Shown here piece after piece: positions 1 to 11,830 of a stretch of DNA of 59,330 nucleotides. The DNA lies in the NCBI GenBank assembly GCA_905178155.1, contig CAJINV010000027.1, forward strand, positions 1 through 59,330. Direction: 5' to 3'. The position numbers were made by a program, and so were the translations under genes. This DNA comes from Amoebophrya sp. A120. Taxonomy: Eukaryota; Protista; Dinoflagellata. Below the pieces are notes generated by a model. That model saw nothing but the letters and a program-made list of their open reading frames with translations, searched no databases and was not told where the DNA came from. Position 1 is the first letter of the stretch. Every line of letters starts with the position of its first letter.

Positions 1-57
1 TCGAGCAGGAGAGGGCGTCTGGCTCTGCTTGGAATTTGCTAGAATTTTCAAACCTTC

Positions 58-186
58 AAAAAAGCAACCACCTGTCGGGCGTTTGTAATGCGTCTCCCGG
101 GTCCGAAGTTGGTGCCCCGGGGGTTGCTTTTCTACTACAACTTCAGACGGCAAAAAAGCAACCACCTGTCGGCCGTTTGTAATGCG
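58..186. repeat. 35-bp direct repeat pair
   Basis: aaaaaagcaaccacctgtcggScgtttgtaatgcg at ~58 and ~152. Confidence 0.8.
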
Positions 187-691
187 CGCCAGCGGTCTGG
201 GATTGCTTTGCTTTGGTTGCTTTTGTTGGTGTTCGCTTTTCAGTGTTTTCAGCACTTCGGCCGCAATTACATCGGGGCTGCGATTTTTTTTCGCTTCGGA
301 TTTTCGAGAAATTCAGCACCGTGGGGCGTCTGGGTGCTTGGCGAGACTGGGCGACCAATCTGGCGCCGCCTAATTCTCCCGCGGGCGAATAGATTGAAAA
401 AAGCGGATGCATTTGTGCCCTTGGTTTTTCTTTTATTTTGGGACGCGCGCCTGAAAACAAAGTCGGTCGAGAGCGAAGAGTGCAGCAGCCCTGTCTTTTT
501 CTCATAGTAGGCAGCGCCGTGGTCCCGGCTGCAGTTTTTGCCATGGTTTGGATATTGTGATGCCACGCGATGGTTTAGCGGCGTTGAAGATCTCGAATTT
601 CCCCCGATAGAAGCAGGGGAGCAAAAGTTGAAGCAGTTTCAGTTTTTCGCTGATCGGAGCAAGACGAAGAGGTCAAAAAGACGTGACCCAC

Positions 692-1250
692 AAGTAGGAT
701 GAGCTTAAGTGCCACCTCTTGTCAGATCAAAGATCCCGCTTGTCAGATGAAAGATCCAACAGATCAGATGAAAGATGCCTTCAGCTTGGTCGCCAGTGAC
801 ATGTGTCGCTGCGAAGAACATGTAAGCTCCTGAGAAATCCACACTCCCAAACGAATGTAGAGACAGAAACTCATCTTTGCCGAAACATTTTCTGCAGCCC
901 AAACTTCTGCAGCCAAAGTGTAAGGATTAACCATTATCCTCATCAACCTTCCATCGGGTGTGTCGCGAGTGTGACTCCGTTGAGACAATTCATTTTCCAA
1001 ATTGTAGCTGTGCGCGGCTGAAAAGTAGACACATTACAAAATAGCTGAATCTCAATTACGTTCGCAAGGACGTACTGTAGCTACTATTTCGGTAGGCCTC
1101 AGCTGCCTCAAGACGAGCAGACGAGTATTGGACGGAAAGCGACTTAGTTACAGGATCGGTCAGCTGCGTTGCGACCGAAAGTCGGCAGCACTTAGATCAA
1201 ATCTGTTTCATAAGTAAGGACGGTAGATCATCCGCAAAAAATTCCACGGG
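692..1250 (+). promoter_or_regulatory. Conserved non-coding block upstream of gene 1 (homolog at 41761-42315)
   Basis: Long near-identical tracts, e.g. cattatcctcatcaacctWccatcgggtgt and gtgcggctgaaaagtagaca-like. Confidence 0.55.
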
Positions 1251-1430
1251 CTTCCAGCTCTACTGACGCAAGGCTAGTTGATCCGCCTGCTAAGCTGCTG
1301 AGAAGATTTTGCCTTTCTCAGTCAAACGCTATTAACGATTGAAGCATACTAGCAGCAAGAAGTGGCATTCCGCTTTCTGGTTTTCGGAACAGGTAGGATG
1401 AAAACGCTTGCTGAAGGTAAGAAGAACAAA

Positions 1431-4400
1431 ATGACCGCACTCGGCTTCCTCCTCACAAATTGTGTGGTGGCCTTGTTCGGGAGCTATGGAGGGAGAGTCG
1501 CGGGCGCGCAGACGTCTGCTACCGAAGCATTTTGGAATGATGTACAGGATGCGGGCAATACGAAGGCGAAATGGTTTTCCCACGTTGTCATTTTTTGCAG
1601 GGCGTGCAGGATGGTTTCTGTGGTGCGATCCTAACAACTGACCATCCCCCACACCACTAGACATGCATGATATATATGTTCATCATCTTACGCATTGGTG
1701 GTTCGCAAGTCACGTTTCAGGTTTTTCTTCATCTTCTTCTTCCAAGTACAACGGCGCGATAGGCGTCGGCAAAGCGTGAGTCGGTTTGGCGTATCACACA
1801 TGCCAGTGAAGAACTCTATCGCAACATGAAACGCTACCCCAAATAAAATGACAAGAAGGGAAGTTTTTTCATTGCACCCGCATCGAAATGCTATCCGGCG
1901 TCGCAGAGCCCATGGACGACGGTCAGGAGAATGCCGCGCGGGATGTCATTCAGAACTTTTGGTCCGGCTTCGTGCGGCGGTCGGAGGCTTTTGTGGAAAA
2001 GGCGAAGCAGGAATATGAGCAGCTGTGTGCGCCGTCCGACAATCGAGGATCCATTACTAGGGACCACATCACCTCGCTTTCAGCGCCGCCGCAGCGTCGC
2101 GACGAGCTGATACGGGTTCTACGACTCAAAATGCACGCGAGGCTGAAACACCTTTTCGGGCCGGCGGCTGATCTTGATGCGCTTTCGCCTTTTCTGGGAC
2201 ACAATTGCGACGACAAGTGTCGGAATCTCAGGGCAGAGGCGCTTTGGTTTCCACAATTTAAATCCATAGCAGGCGAGCGGCGACGCCGACGTGTGCAGCC
2301 AGCAGAAGATGAGGTACTGAAAATAGTACATTCTCGTCCAGGGTCTCAAGAACCGGTGCCGCCAGTCGCAGTGTCGAAGACACCCACACACGAATACGCC
2401 GGGTTCACTGTGGAGAAGATGGAAGACCGGTCGGTGCGTCATCGTGTCCTGAAAGTGGACCCTACCGACATGGCACTAGTGGGATGCGCTTTGCATTTGG
2501 AGCACGACCGCGCAGCAGTCACTCCTGGGCGCACGGCGAACACCACTGCACAACCCGCCGTCGACGCGGCGGCAGACGGTTTTAATATCAATGTGCCCAC
2601 ACTGGCAGTGGCGTATCTACTGCTGCACCAGCAAGTGGTGGATGTCGCTGACATGAAAGACGTATCAAATGCAAAAGTGTCTGGGTCTGGAAACTTGTAA
2701 TGCTAAAAATGAATGATAGCCGCACTGCAACAAGCAGCTATGCATGACAAATTTTTTGGCTGCCATGTCTTACGTATTCCGCATGGCAAACTGCGTTTTT
2801 GCATGACAGATAAGAGGGCTTTTTCGTGCCTATGCAACACAGATTCTTGAGTCATGCCAGACAAGCATGACAAACTTGCATTCTTCCAGACCCAGACACT
2901 TTTGCAATCCATAAGACGATATATTCTTCTCGAAGCCCTCGCTCGCTAAGTGGAACCTGCCAGCACCTGAAGCCGTAGCGCCAAAGGCTTCAGGTGCTCT
3001 GCTCCTGCCTCTGCCTTTGGCGCTACGGCTTCAGGTGCAGGGATTCCTGGAATCCCAGGAAGAAAAAGCGCGGCGGAAAGCCAAAAAAGAGGAACTACTG
3101 CGGCGGGAGGCCAAGATCGCGGGGTTCGCCGTGGCGCGAGCGCGGGCTCAGACGATTGGAAACCTGCTGAACATTGTCGGCCGGGGCCCAAGCGATGTAG
3201 GGCGACGCTCGGGTCGTGGCGCGCAAGACTTTTCGGTGGACGGCAAAGCCGCGACGCGAATCGCCCTGGCGCTGCAGCTGATGTACGCTCGGAGAATCCA
3301 GTATCTCCATGGGCGAGAGGCGCAGGGGCTGGACCACATCAAGACGTCGAGCTTCGCCACTTGGAAGTTGCAAAAGCATTTCGATGTGGGCATGGGAGAA
3401 GGCGAGATTCCGCCCGCACTGTTGAACAATACACCCGCGGCGGTTCACGATAGGGCGCGGAAACTAGAAGAGCAACTAGACCAGATGGGCTTGCCTTCCA
3501 CCTTGGAGAGGAACCGCAGAAAGCAGTGGAACGACGGCAGGCTGAGCGTCGACTTTGCCGTGCTGGGCTCCGTGAAAGACAGCAAGCGAGAGTTCTATGG
3601 GACTGCTCTCAAACGTTACATTCTCAACTGCTACGTGATTTTTCATGCAAATTTACCAGCAAGATCGCCACGATGACGATTAAGCTGCTTCGCATGACAA
3701 ATCTACGAAGGGCTCAACAGCACCTAAATATGCGCCAAATCTGTAATGCAAAAGGCGCAATCTTCTACTTCCCCCTTTCAATTTTGTCGCTCTTGCATTG
3801 CAAATTCATGTAACAGTTGAGAATGTAACATTTGAGAACGCCAGAAGTTCGAGGAGTTGCGTGTGTTTTTTGGGCGCTGGTTCAACACCCGAGAACACAC
3901 CTACGTGCACGTGAAGCACGTGACCTGGAAGGGAGAAGTAGGCGAGCCTGGGGCTTCAGAACAACGAGCCGGGCGGCAAGTTGGGAACAGCCCCAACTTT
4001 ATTGCCGGTGTGCTTTCTGTCGGGACACTGGCGGCTCTGCAGCAGACGTCGTTGTGGAAGGAAAACGAAACGAAGTACGACGCCCTGCACTACTTGTATC
4101 TGAGTAATTCTGTCGCGGCTTCGAAGCCCAGCGCTGCCACCGGATCGGCCACTCAAGTCGCCGCCCCGGAGCTGCCGAGGGCTGGAAGCGGTGTTGACAT
4201 GGTACCCGGCTGAAAAAATCACCGCCCGCACTGAGGAACAGACCACATGAGGTATTGGGTGGGCGGAGGTTGTAATTGAGGAAGTTGGACTGCTAGGTTG
4301 AATATTTGTGTGTATCTATAGGTTGCCGCAAGGAAGCAGGAGCGCGACCTCATTTTGCCGCGTCCTCCAGCGGCACGAGGTATAGTTAGCTGGGCATCTT

Positions 4401-5977
4401 CACAAGTGCCCTCTGCACTGGGTGACATAGCACCTCCACAGCAGACCGCTTCTTGTATGAAGTGTATTTGTAGTATTACATTTTCTAAACCCACAACGAA
4501 AAAAATTCCGAGGAAGGCGGATTTTTTCTTGCGATATCTCGGGTCGGCACCCATCAATACCCCCTTGTATCCACTGAGCGTTCCGCAAGGGCACGAAAAT
4601 GCGCCTTCGCAACAGGGGACGACGATTCTTGAAAGCCTTTTCATTGAGCAGGCCGCCGACCTCCAGGCAACGGTCGTGGAGCCTCTCCCCGGTGCGGATA
4701 CCTTGCTACCGCTGTTTCACTTTCTGCGAGCTGAGCTGCGGAGGGTGGCGAAAGTACTCGCTCCGGTGAGCGAGAACGCGAGCGCGGCCGCAACATACTT
4801 CTCCATTACCAGTACGCTGGAGCGCCGGGCCAGGCTGGAGTTGCGGGACTTTTCGGCGAAGAAGGTTTTGCAGTTTGACCGACACGACTTGGCGGGGCGT
4901 GTGGGGTCGACGACCTCATCTACAACCGCGAGCGACGAGAAGGACGTCACGCGCTACGAAACTTTCTTACCGCAGGTGAAAGTGGTGGGCGCAGACAGCG
5001 ATGGCCAACGTTCGCTGCCACCAGAGGTTGTGGAGATGTATGACTACGGTGGCTTCACAGAAGACGAGGTTGAGGACGTGTTGGTCTTCGACCTGATCGC
5101 AAATTTTTTGCACAAACCTTTTCTGGAGTGGCTTGGCGGAGAGCTCGCACAAAAAGTTGCCACCATGTACGACCTGAAGATGAGGTACCGCTGGTTTCAG
5201 GAAAGGTTGCAAGCGTTTCTGGACAGCGGCGCAACGTCGGGGCCGAGCAAAATGCAACTAGCGGCTTTTGTGAACGTGGATCTCGGCGACACAGAAAGTG
5301 TGCCCAGAATGAACACCAAAGAGGCGTATCTTGTTGCGACCGACAGGGGCGCAAGGGTGCGCGCGATTCACGACTACGATCGCGGACTGGAGGTGGTTTC
5401 GGCAGTACAGAAAAAGGCAGCAAGGGTGGAGCATATGCTCGACAACTTTGCAGAAGCTGCGAAGCTGTCGTTTTTGAAAGCGCGGATTGCGGGTTTTAGC
5501 AAATTTTTTCGCAGCTTCGAGATAGCGGTCCTGTGTCGTTATTTTGACGTAGCCTCACCGCGCGACGCCAGTTTCGATGCGGGAACCATAGGGGTAGGTC
5601 TGGCCGGGGTCGACGATACGCCCGAAGCAAGGCGGAGCGGTCTTATCAAGCGGTTCTGTAGCTCTGAACCTTCAGTCTCGCCAGAGGTGGAGGCAAAGAT
5701 AGAAAGACTGCGCACTGACGGTGGCCGGTCTTCTGGTAGAAAGATGAAGAACCTCCGATTCCACATCGTGAAGTGGCTCAAGGACCTTGAGCGGGCGGAG
5801 ATGGTTACACCGAAAACAGCTGCGCTGGCAAAGCGTCACTTTCTAGAGGGCATACCAGGGCGTAGCGTAAATGAGGGCTTCTTGGCACAACTACGCAACG
5901 AGAAACCTTTCCGGGTTACTAGCGACCCTGGAAGGAGAGCGGAACTGCTTGAGTCTCATGGGCTGGTCCTCAATTAG
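1431..5977 (+). CDS. Gene 1: spliced gene for a putative secreted protein of unknown function; short paralog of the N-terminal part of gene 4. Exons ~1431-1550, ~1880-2662, 2919-3595, 3851-4200, 4555-5977
   Basis: Hydrophobic N-terminus MTALGFLLTNCVVALFGS (an in-frame ATG also at 1398). Removing elements at 2663, 3596 and 4201 joins ORFs 1888, 3017, 3857 and 4355 in frame. Collinear with gene 4: FWNDVQ/FWTDVQ, DMALVGCALHLEH/DMALVACALRLQH, AGFAVARARA, MYARRIQYLH/MYARRLQYLH, LPGADTLLPL, RLELRDFS. First intron boundaries unresolved. Confidence 0.8.
1548..1884. mobile_element. Degenerate inverted-repeat intron (gene 1 intron 1)
   Basis: gatgcggg-caat...ttccc..ttgtcatttt pairs with aaaatgacaa..gggaa...attgcacccgcatc. 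Exact splice sites unresolved. Confidence 0.5.
2663..2918. mobile_element. Introner family A
   Basis: TIR tatcaaatgcaaaagtgtctgggtctggaa / ttccagacccagacacttttgcaatccata; DR agacg; removal gives MKD|DIFFS. Confidence 0.95.
3596..3850. mobile_element. Introner family B
   Basis: TIR tatgg..tctcaaacgttacattctcaactg / cagttgagaatgtaacatttgagaacgccaga; DR agttc; removal gives KREF|EELRV. Confidence 0.95.
4201..4554. mobile_element. Degenerate inverted-repeat intron (non-TAT type)
   Basis: Partial TIR (aaaaaatcaccgcc / ggcggattttttc); DR cat; removal gives VDINTPLYPLSV, matching gene 4 KTPFHQVAV. Confidence 0.65.
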
Positions 5978-6370
5978 AGTGCTATCGATCGCCACCCCGC
6001 GGCGGCTTCCTCAAACACCGGGAGGCGGAGCGCGGCCGTCGAGGGCTTTAAACCGGAGGCGGAAGAACAGGCACCGCAGGCGGAGGCCCTGCACTAGTGA
6101 GCTTGGCGGGGGGGAAAATTTTTGCGATTTTTGAATACGAATACCAATTTTGCCGTTATATTCTTGAAAACATCTTCATGTCTTGTAGATCATTAAGCCA
6201 ATAATTTGAGTACTGGTACTAGAGGGTCGCCAGTCCTTTTTACACGGGATAATCCACACCGCAAGCTGATGTGTTGGGAGCCTCTTCGGGACCACGACCC
6301 CGGAAAAGCGCCGAGCGGGAGTGGCGTCGTCCGGGTGGATCGCATGGCGCTGCGGCTGCCCTTTTCGTGC

Positions 6371-7875
6371 CGTTCCGGCGCCGAGGCGGGGCCGGACAAT
6401 AATAGCACAGGCGCGGCGGCGCCGGCATTCTGCCGCACTGCGCCTGCGTTCTAGCCACAGCCGGCTTTTTTGCTTTGCCTGCCTTCCTGCGGTGCTGCCC
6501 GGCCGCGTCTGCGCGAGCGTGCGCGCGTTGTCGGGCTGGCTGCGGGAACGCCCTGTTGTGGGCGCGTCTGCCCATGTGGATGGGGACCGCGCTAGCGCAC
6601 CAGACGCGCGCCGCGCCAGGAGTGGGTGCCGCACAGAGTTGCACGAGAGGGCAAGCAGCATCCGGTCATCCTGACTGAAAAGCGATATATATTCTATAGC
6701 GCCGTGAATATTGCGTTTATGGAGGTGGCAGCACTGAAATCGACTTCCACATTTGTTTTTCGTTTAAAGCTTCAAGGCGTAAGTGTAATAGCACTGCCAA
6801 TTCATGAGAAGTTGAGCACCGAGCGTTAGTTGACCCTAACGGAGGGGACGAGCTTGTGTACTGGAGGGACGAGTAGAGCGCGCACTGATTCTTCTGGACT
6901 TGTATAAAACTAAAAGAAAAACAATCCGCTGACTTACCTACGATCAGAAATCCAAATCTGTACGCGTGACGTGCAGAAAATTCAAGATGGGGAAGCGGTG
7001 GGCGCTGTGAAAAGGCCGGCGAAAGTCGCTTGATTGGGGCTGCCGGGCGGTGGTCGGGCGCCGGTCAGCGGCCTTCCATCCGCGGCGCGCGATGTTTCTT
7101 TCCGCCACGTGTGCTCCTCAGTGGGCTCTTGGCCGAGGAAGAGTGGAACCACCCCTGCGGAACAGCAACGGGTCCGGGTAAGCGTCCGCGCCGAACGTTT
7201 GGCCGTCGGGATCCTTCTACGCATTGCCGCCGTGCCTGGCTCTCGAAGGATGCAACTTCCTTGTCATGTTGGATTCGAATCGTGCGCAATTTGTGCTCAT
7301 GCCTCCGCGTGCATTCCCCACCACCTGCGTGGCCTACGAGATGCATGAGAGACGCACGCACCCTCCAGACCGAGGTATATTTGCGGTTGATAGCCTCGGC
7401 GAAAAGAAAATGTACCTAAACGGCGGGGGCGGATATTTCCCCGCGCGCAAATAATTGCGCGCCCTGGAACTCGACCAGGCTCGCCCTGTCCACACGTCGC
7501 GCAGTAAAGCCAAGCGAGCCCCTTCCTGGTCGCCCACCAGTCCGGCCGGCGTCGTTCCGGCGCCCATGCGGGGCCGGATAATAGGAGCACAGGCGCGGCG
7601 GCGCCGGCATTCTGCCACGCTGCGCCTGCGTACTAAAGCCCCAGCCGGCTTTTTGGCCCTGCCAGTCTTCCTGCGGTACTGCCCGGCCGCGTCTGCGCGT
7701 GTGCGCTTTGTCCGGCTACCTGCGGACACGCCGTGTCGTCGCCGCGTGTGCCCGTGTGGACGGGCTTTTGATGTGGCAGACGCACGCCGCGCTAACAGTA
7801 GCTGTGGCCGCCGCCCAGGGATACGTTATTGCGCATAGTAGATTTGGATCATCACTGAAAAATATATAGTCACTG
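6371..7875. repeat. Two diverged ~330-bp GC-rich direct repeats (6371-6700, 7553-7875)
   Basis: Shared agcacaggcgcggcggcgccggcattctgcc, tgcccggccgcgtctgcgcg and a distal actgaaaa..atata. Confidence 0.85.
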
Positions 7876-8711
7876 CCGAGACGGTCGTGGTGCAACATAG
7901 AAGAGTCAGTGTTCGTGCGTGGTCGTCCGCAGAGATGGAGGGATCTGCGTCATTGAGAATATAGTAGTATCGCACGATCACGGGGCCCCCGCAAGCGATC
8001 TGCGTCTGCTCGAAGACAATACAACTACATAGAGTGGAGGATGAGCAATCTCGCGCCTCCTGATTCTCACGACCAAAGATGGATCAAGAGCAGCCACGTT
8101 CTTGCGCCCACCGCTTTAGCTTTTGTTGAGCACGCAGTCGAGGAAGATAAAGGAGATCTAGAGCGCTAAGCAAAGGGCAACAGCTGTCCCAGTTCCTGGT
8201 GGTGCGCAGTCCGTTCCCGGCCAAACGGTTTTGCCGTGTTGGTATTTTGATACTGCACGATCTGGCGGCCTCCTCCTTGGTGATCTTGAATTCTCCCCGA
8301 TGGAGGCAGGGGAGTAGTCCATTTTGGCGGCGTATTTTACTGCATTACTGAGGCTCTTTTGCACAGAGACAGACAACGTTTTTTGTTTACTTCACCGGAA
8401 AAGAAAGTAGGTTTTTTACAAGCGATTAATGAATGTAGTCCGCAATAGAAAAGAAAACTACTGAGTTGGCAAATTACAAAAAGTTATGCGCAATTATACA
8501 GCTATCAGCCCGACCCCTTTTCAGCACAGAGGGAGACGAGTCTATGTGATTCTAGACTGATAAATTTTGCTGTGTCTGCGGAGATCTATTGCTATACTAG
8601 CATTGAGTTAAGCGCCGGCGGTCCCCAATCAAGATCACAAGCGATGCGTGCGTTACCGTTAGATCCATTCGATTTTTTTGTCGCTAGATGTCCTAGAAGT
8701 ACAACGCCGTT

Positions 8712-8916
8712 TCCTGGCTAGTGACGTGTGTCGCTACGTGGTTATGGAGAGTGCCTGCGCCAGTGGTCCAACGTTGCCACCTCTCGCACAGGTAGAGCAT
8801 GATTCTTCGAAAAGATTACCCTTTTAAAGGATGACTTTTACACAATCATGCAGCAGCAGCACCAGGCTCTCAAAGTAGAGCCAACTTCCTTGCTAGTGAC
8901 GTGTGTCGCTACTTGG
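8712..8916. promoter_or_regulatory. Pair of TAGTGACGTGTGTCGCTA motifs upstream of gene 2
   Basis: Copies at 8712-8741 and 8887-8916; equivalent pair at 24212 and 24362. Confidence 0.45.
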
Positions 8917-10161
8917 AAAAGTCCTCGCACAGGCCCGCTTCGCAAACATCAACTTCAGGCGAGCAGTTGCATGAGGAGATGTAGACCATTTTTATGTGCC
9001 GAGCATTGCCATTGATGAGAGCATTTGCGACGGCCTTTTTTTACCAACATTTTTTATCGTCGGGCAGTCTACCGTTTTATTTTGTACATGAGGTGCTATC
9101 GTTTTTCAATATTGTCATTGTCTTTAATGTTGATCATCCATAGCAGTAGCATTACCCGCTGTAGTAGTACTCGCACACCACCACATCCAGAAAACTTCCG
9201 CTGGTGACTTTCTGTTTTGTGGAGGGCCACGCGTCAACATTGTCTGGCCGGGAACGTTTTGTCCGCCCCACTTGCGGCACCCCCCTGTTCGTTGGCATTT
9301 TCATTTTTCGCGGCTAAGCGTGGTCTTGTCTATAGCGAGTTTGGGAATTTTGGCATTTATGCATTTACCAGTAAAAGCAGCATGCTCACTTACATCTTCT
9401 GAGGCAGAAACTTTCGACTAGCCAGTTCTGTGGATCTACTCTTATTTAAGTATGCTGTTCCTGTGATGGTAGTTATCGCTTCTGCACACCCCGGCACTCA
9501 GCGCAATCCCTTTGCCTTGGTTTCGGTGCACGGCTTTGCAGGCAACCGGGCTGCAGTGCGGTGCTACAACATAGAATAGCAAAAAGTTGTCTTCATTACT
9601 TCCCTCATGGCCCTAAAGGTCCGCTCGGTTTTACGAGTACTCAATGTAGTTTTTTGTCATCTCTATTCGAGCCCGTATTTTCAAATGTTTTACCCTTACG
9701 TTTTATAATTTCGTCGTATACGTCCTTTTTCCTATTCTTTGAAAACGCACTCGAAGTGAGATGCGAGTACCTGCACCATTTTTGACCCCACCACCTACCC
9801 TAAAGTGCTAATGAAAACCATTCAAAAACGCATGAAGTTGATATGAAAATAAAACGCTTAATGAAGAGCGCCGCCATCAGCATCCTCGTAGTTGTTTTAT
9901 CCTTCTAAAACAACTACAAGGGAGGAGGCCAAATAAGCAGAGCACCACCGTGATTCACCTAATTTTCTAGAAGGGATTGCAGATCTGTCCAGTTAAGTAT
10001 AGAGAAGGCGGAAGCGCTTCCGAAATGCGAAACACGAAAAGCGAAAAACCAAGGGAGGGCAGTAGAGAGCCAGGAGAGTAAGAAAAGAGAGAGCGGAGGC
10101 GCCTCCGAAATGCGAAACGCGAAAAACCAAAGGGGGGCCGTGGAGAGTTAATAGAGTAGGA

Positions 10162-10190
10162 AGAAGAGAGAGAGAGAGAGAGAGAGAGAG
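10162..10190. repeat. (GA)n microsatellite
   Basis: Visible directly in the sequence. Confidence 0.9.
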
Positions 10191-11129
10191 TGGAAGCGCC
10201 TCCGAAATGCGAAACGCGAAAAGCGCCAAGCCAATGCCAAAGCGGCGCCGTGGCTAATCAGTAGCGTAGAAAGAGGGACAGCGGAAGTGCCTCCGAGGCG
10301 CGAAACGCGAAAAACAACAAAGCGGCCGGGGCGGGTTCCATGATGGTGAGTAGAGTAAGAAGAGAGAAAACAAAGCGGAAGCGCCTCCGAATGCCAAGCG
10401 CGAAAAGCGGCGAGAAAAGAAGGCAGGCCCCTCGTCCCTTACTAAGTAGAGACATTGGCGCCGCTCCGCTTTGAGCGTTGGTTCCGCTGGCCCCCCCTCC
10501 CCCCCGCACTACCTAGCAACATACGCGAGCTTTCGCATTTATGCGCATGGAGCCGCGTGCGTCCAGTTCTAAGAGGCCGGGGGCCGGGGGGGTTGGCTCT
10601 TGGTTTTGATATTGTCGCCCGGCACGCGGCTCGCACGTACGCCCACGCACAGCAGACCGACGCTGACCACCCTCCCGCCCGTCGGTCTTACTTTTGGCCG
10701 GGCGAGAGGCCGGGAGAGCGCGCGGAAAGCGGAGGCATGGATCCCAGTCGCAGCGTTTGGCCCGTGCCGCGCCTGCAAAATGGCGCGGCGGGCCCTTGGC
10801 CGGTCGCACCAGCCGCAGCCCCAGAGGGGGCTGGCACCCTGCAGCGTAGGCCGGAGGCGAAAAAGTTGGGCACTCATGCGAGGGCGCTTCTGTTTGTGTG
10901 CGTGTGTGTGTGTGTCACGCCATGAATATCGCGAGAAGCTTCCCGGCTGGCGCACCACTGTAGCAGGGCGCAGCGATGGGCGCCTCGGAGAGCCGTCGGA
11001 CGGCGCCAGGCCCCCCACCGTGTTCGAGGCGCGAGCGGCAGCACAAAACCGCGCGGGCAGCTTCGCGGGAAGATCCGGGCCATAGCAACAAAGAAACTAA
11101 CCCCGCCCACCAGCGCCAACGAAGTGCAT

Positions 11130-11830
11130 CAGGCTGGCGCTGGTGGCTCGCTCGTGGCTCGAGAATGAAAGCGCGCGCGTTCTTCTCCACCAATGGAAGC
11201 AAATCCGCGCGAATTAGCGCGCAAGAAAAATGACGAGAAGGGGGCGACCTTGTCCACCGCAACAAGCAGCCCCATCTATAAGCGCAAGCGAATTAGATGA
11301 GTAGAGAGCCTGCTCGTGGTTCGAAGAAAAGAGCGCAGGCCCCTCGTCAATAGATGAGGGGCCTGCCCTTGGCGCCATCGTGCTCGAAAGCGGTGGCGCC
11401 GCAAAGTTAGCGCTGCCTTGCCCATGGCAACAGGCCTAGCCCTTCTTTGAGCGAGATCGAAGGAGATCGACGAACGAAAGCGCGCGCGTTCTTCTCCACC
11501 AATGGAAGCAAATCCATGCGAGTCAGCGCGCTGGGAAAATGACGAGAAGCCGGCGACCTTGTCCACCGCAGCAAGCAACCCCATCTAAAAGCGCAAACGA
11601 ATTAGATGAGAAGAGAGCCTGCTCGTGGTTCAAAGAAAAGAGCGCAGGCCCCTCGTCAATAGATGAGGGGCCTGCCCTGGGCGCCATCGTGCTCGAAGCG
11701 AAGCGGTGGCGTCGCAAAGTTAGCGCTACCGTGGCCAGGGCAACAGCGCTAGCCCTTCTCTGAGCGAGATCGAAGGAGGTCGAGAAGGCCGCGCGTGGCT
11801 CGAGAAAGTAAACGCGCGCAGCCTTCTCAC
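11130..11830. repeat. ~309-bp tandem duplication (about 2.2 copies)
   Basis: gcgcgcgcgttcttctccaccaatggaagcaaatcc at ~11171 and ~11480; cccctcgtcaatagatgagggg at ~11340 and ~11649. Confidence 0.9.

Noticed and set aside
764-1021. Small conserved protein in the upstream block
   Set aside because: Differences from the 41.9-kb copy are mostly non-synonymous and ORF boundaries are not conserved.
5870-5977. Gene 1 C-terminus (GFLAQ...RRAELL..GL) matching gene 4 near 50570 as evidence of an internal deletion
   Set aside because: The match is too short and gapped to support without alignment statistics.
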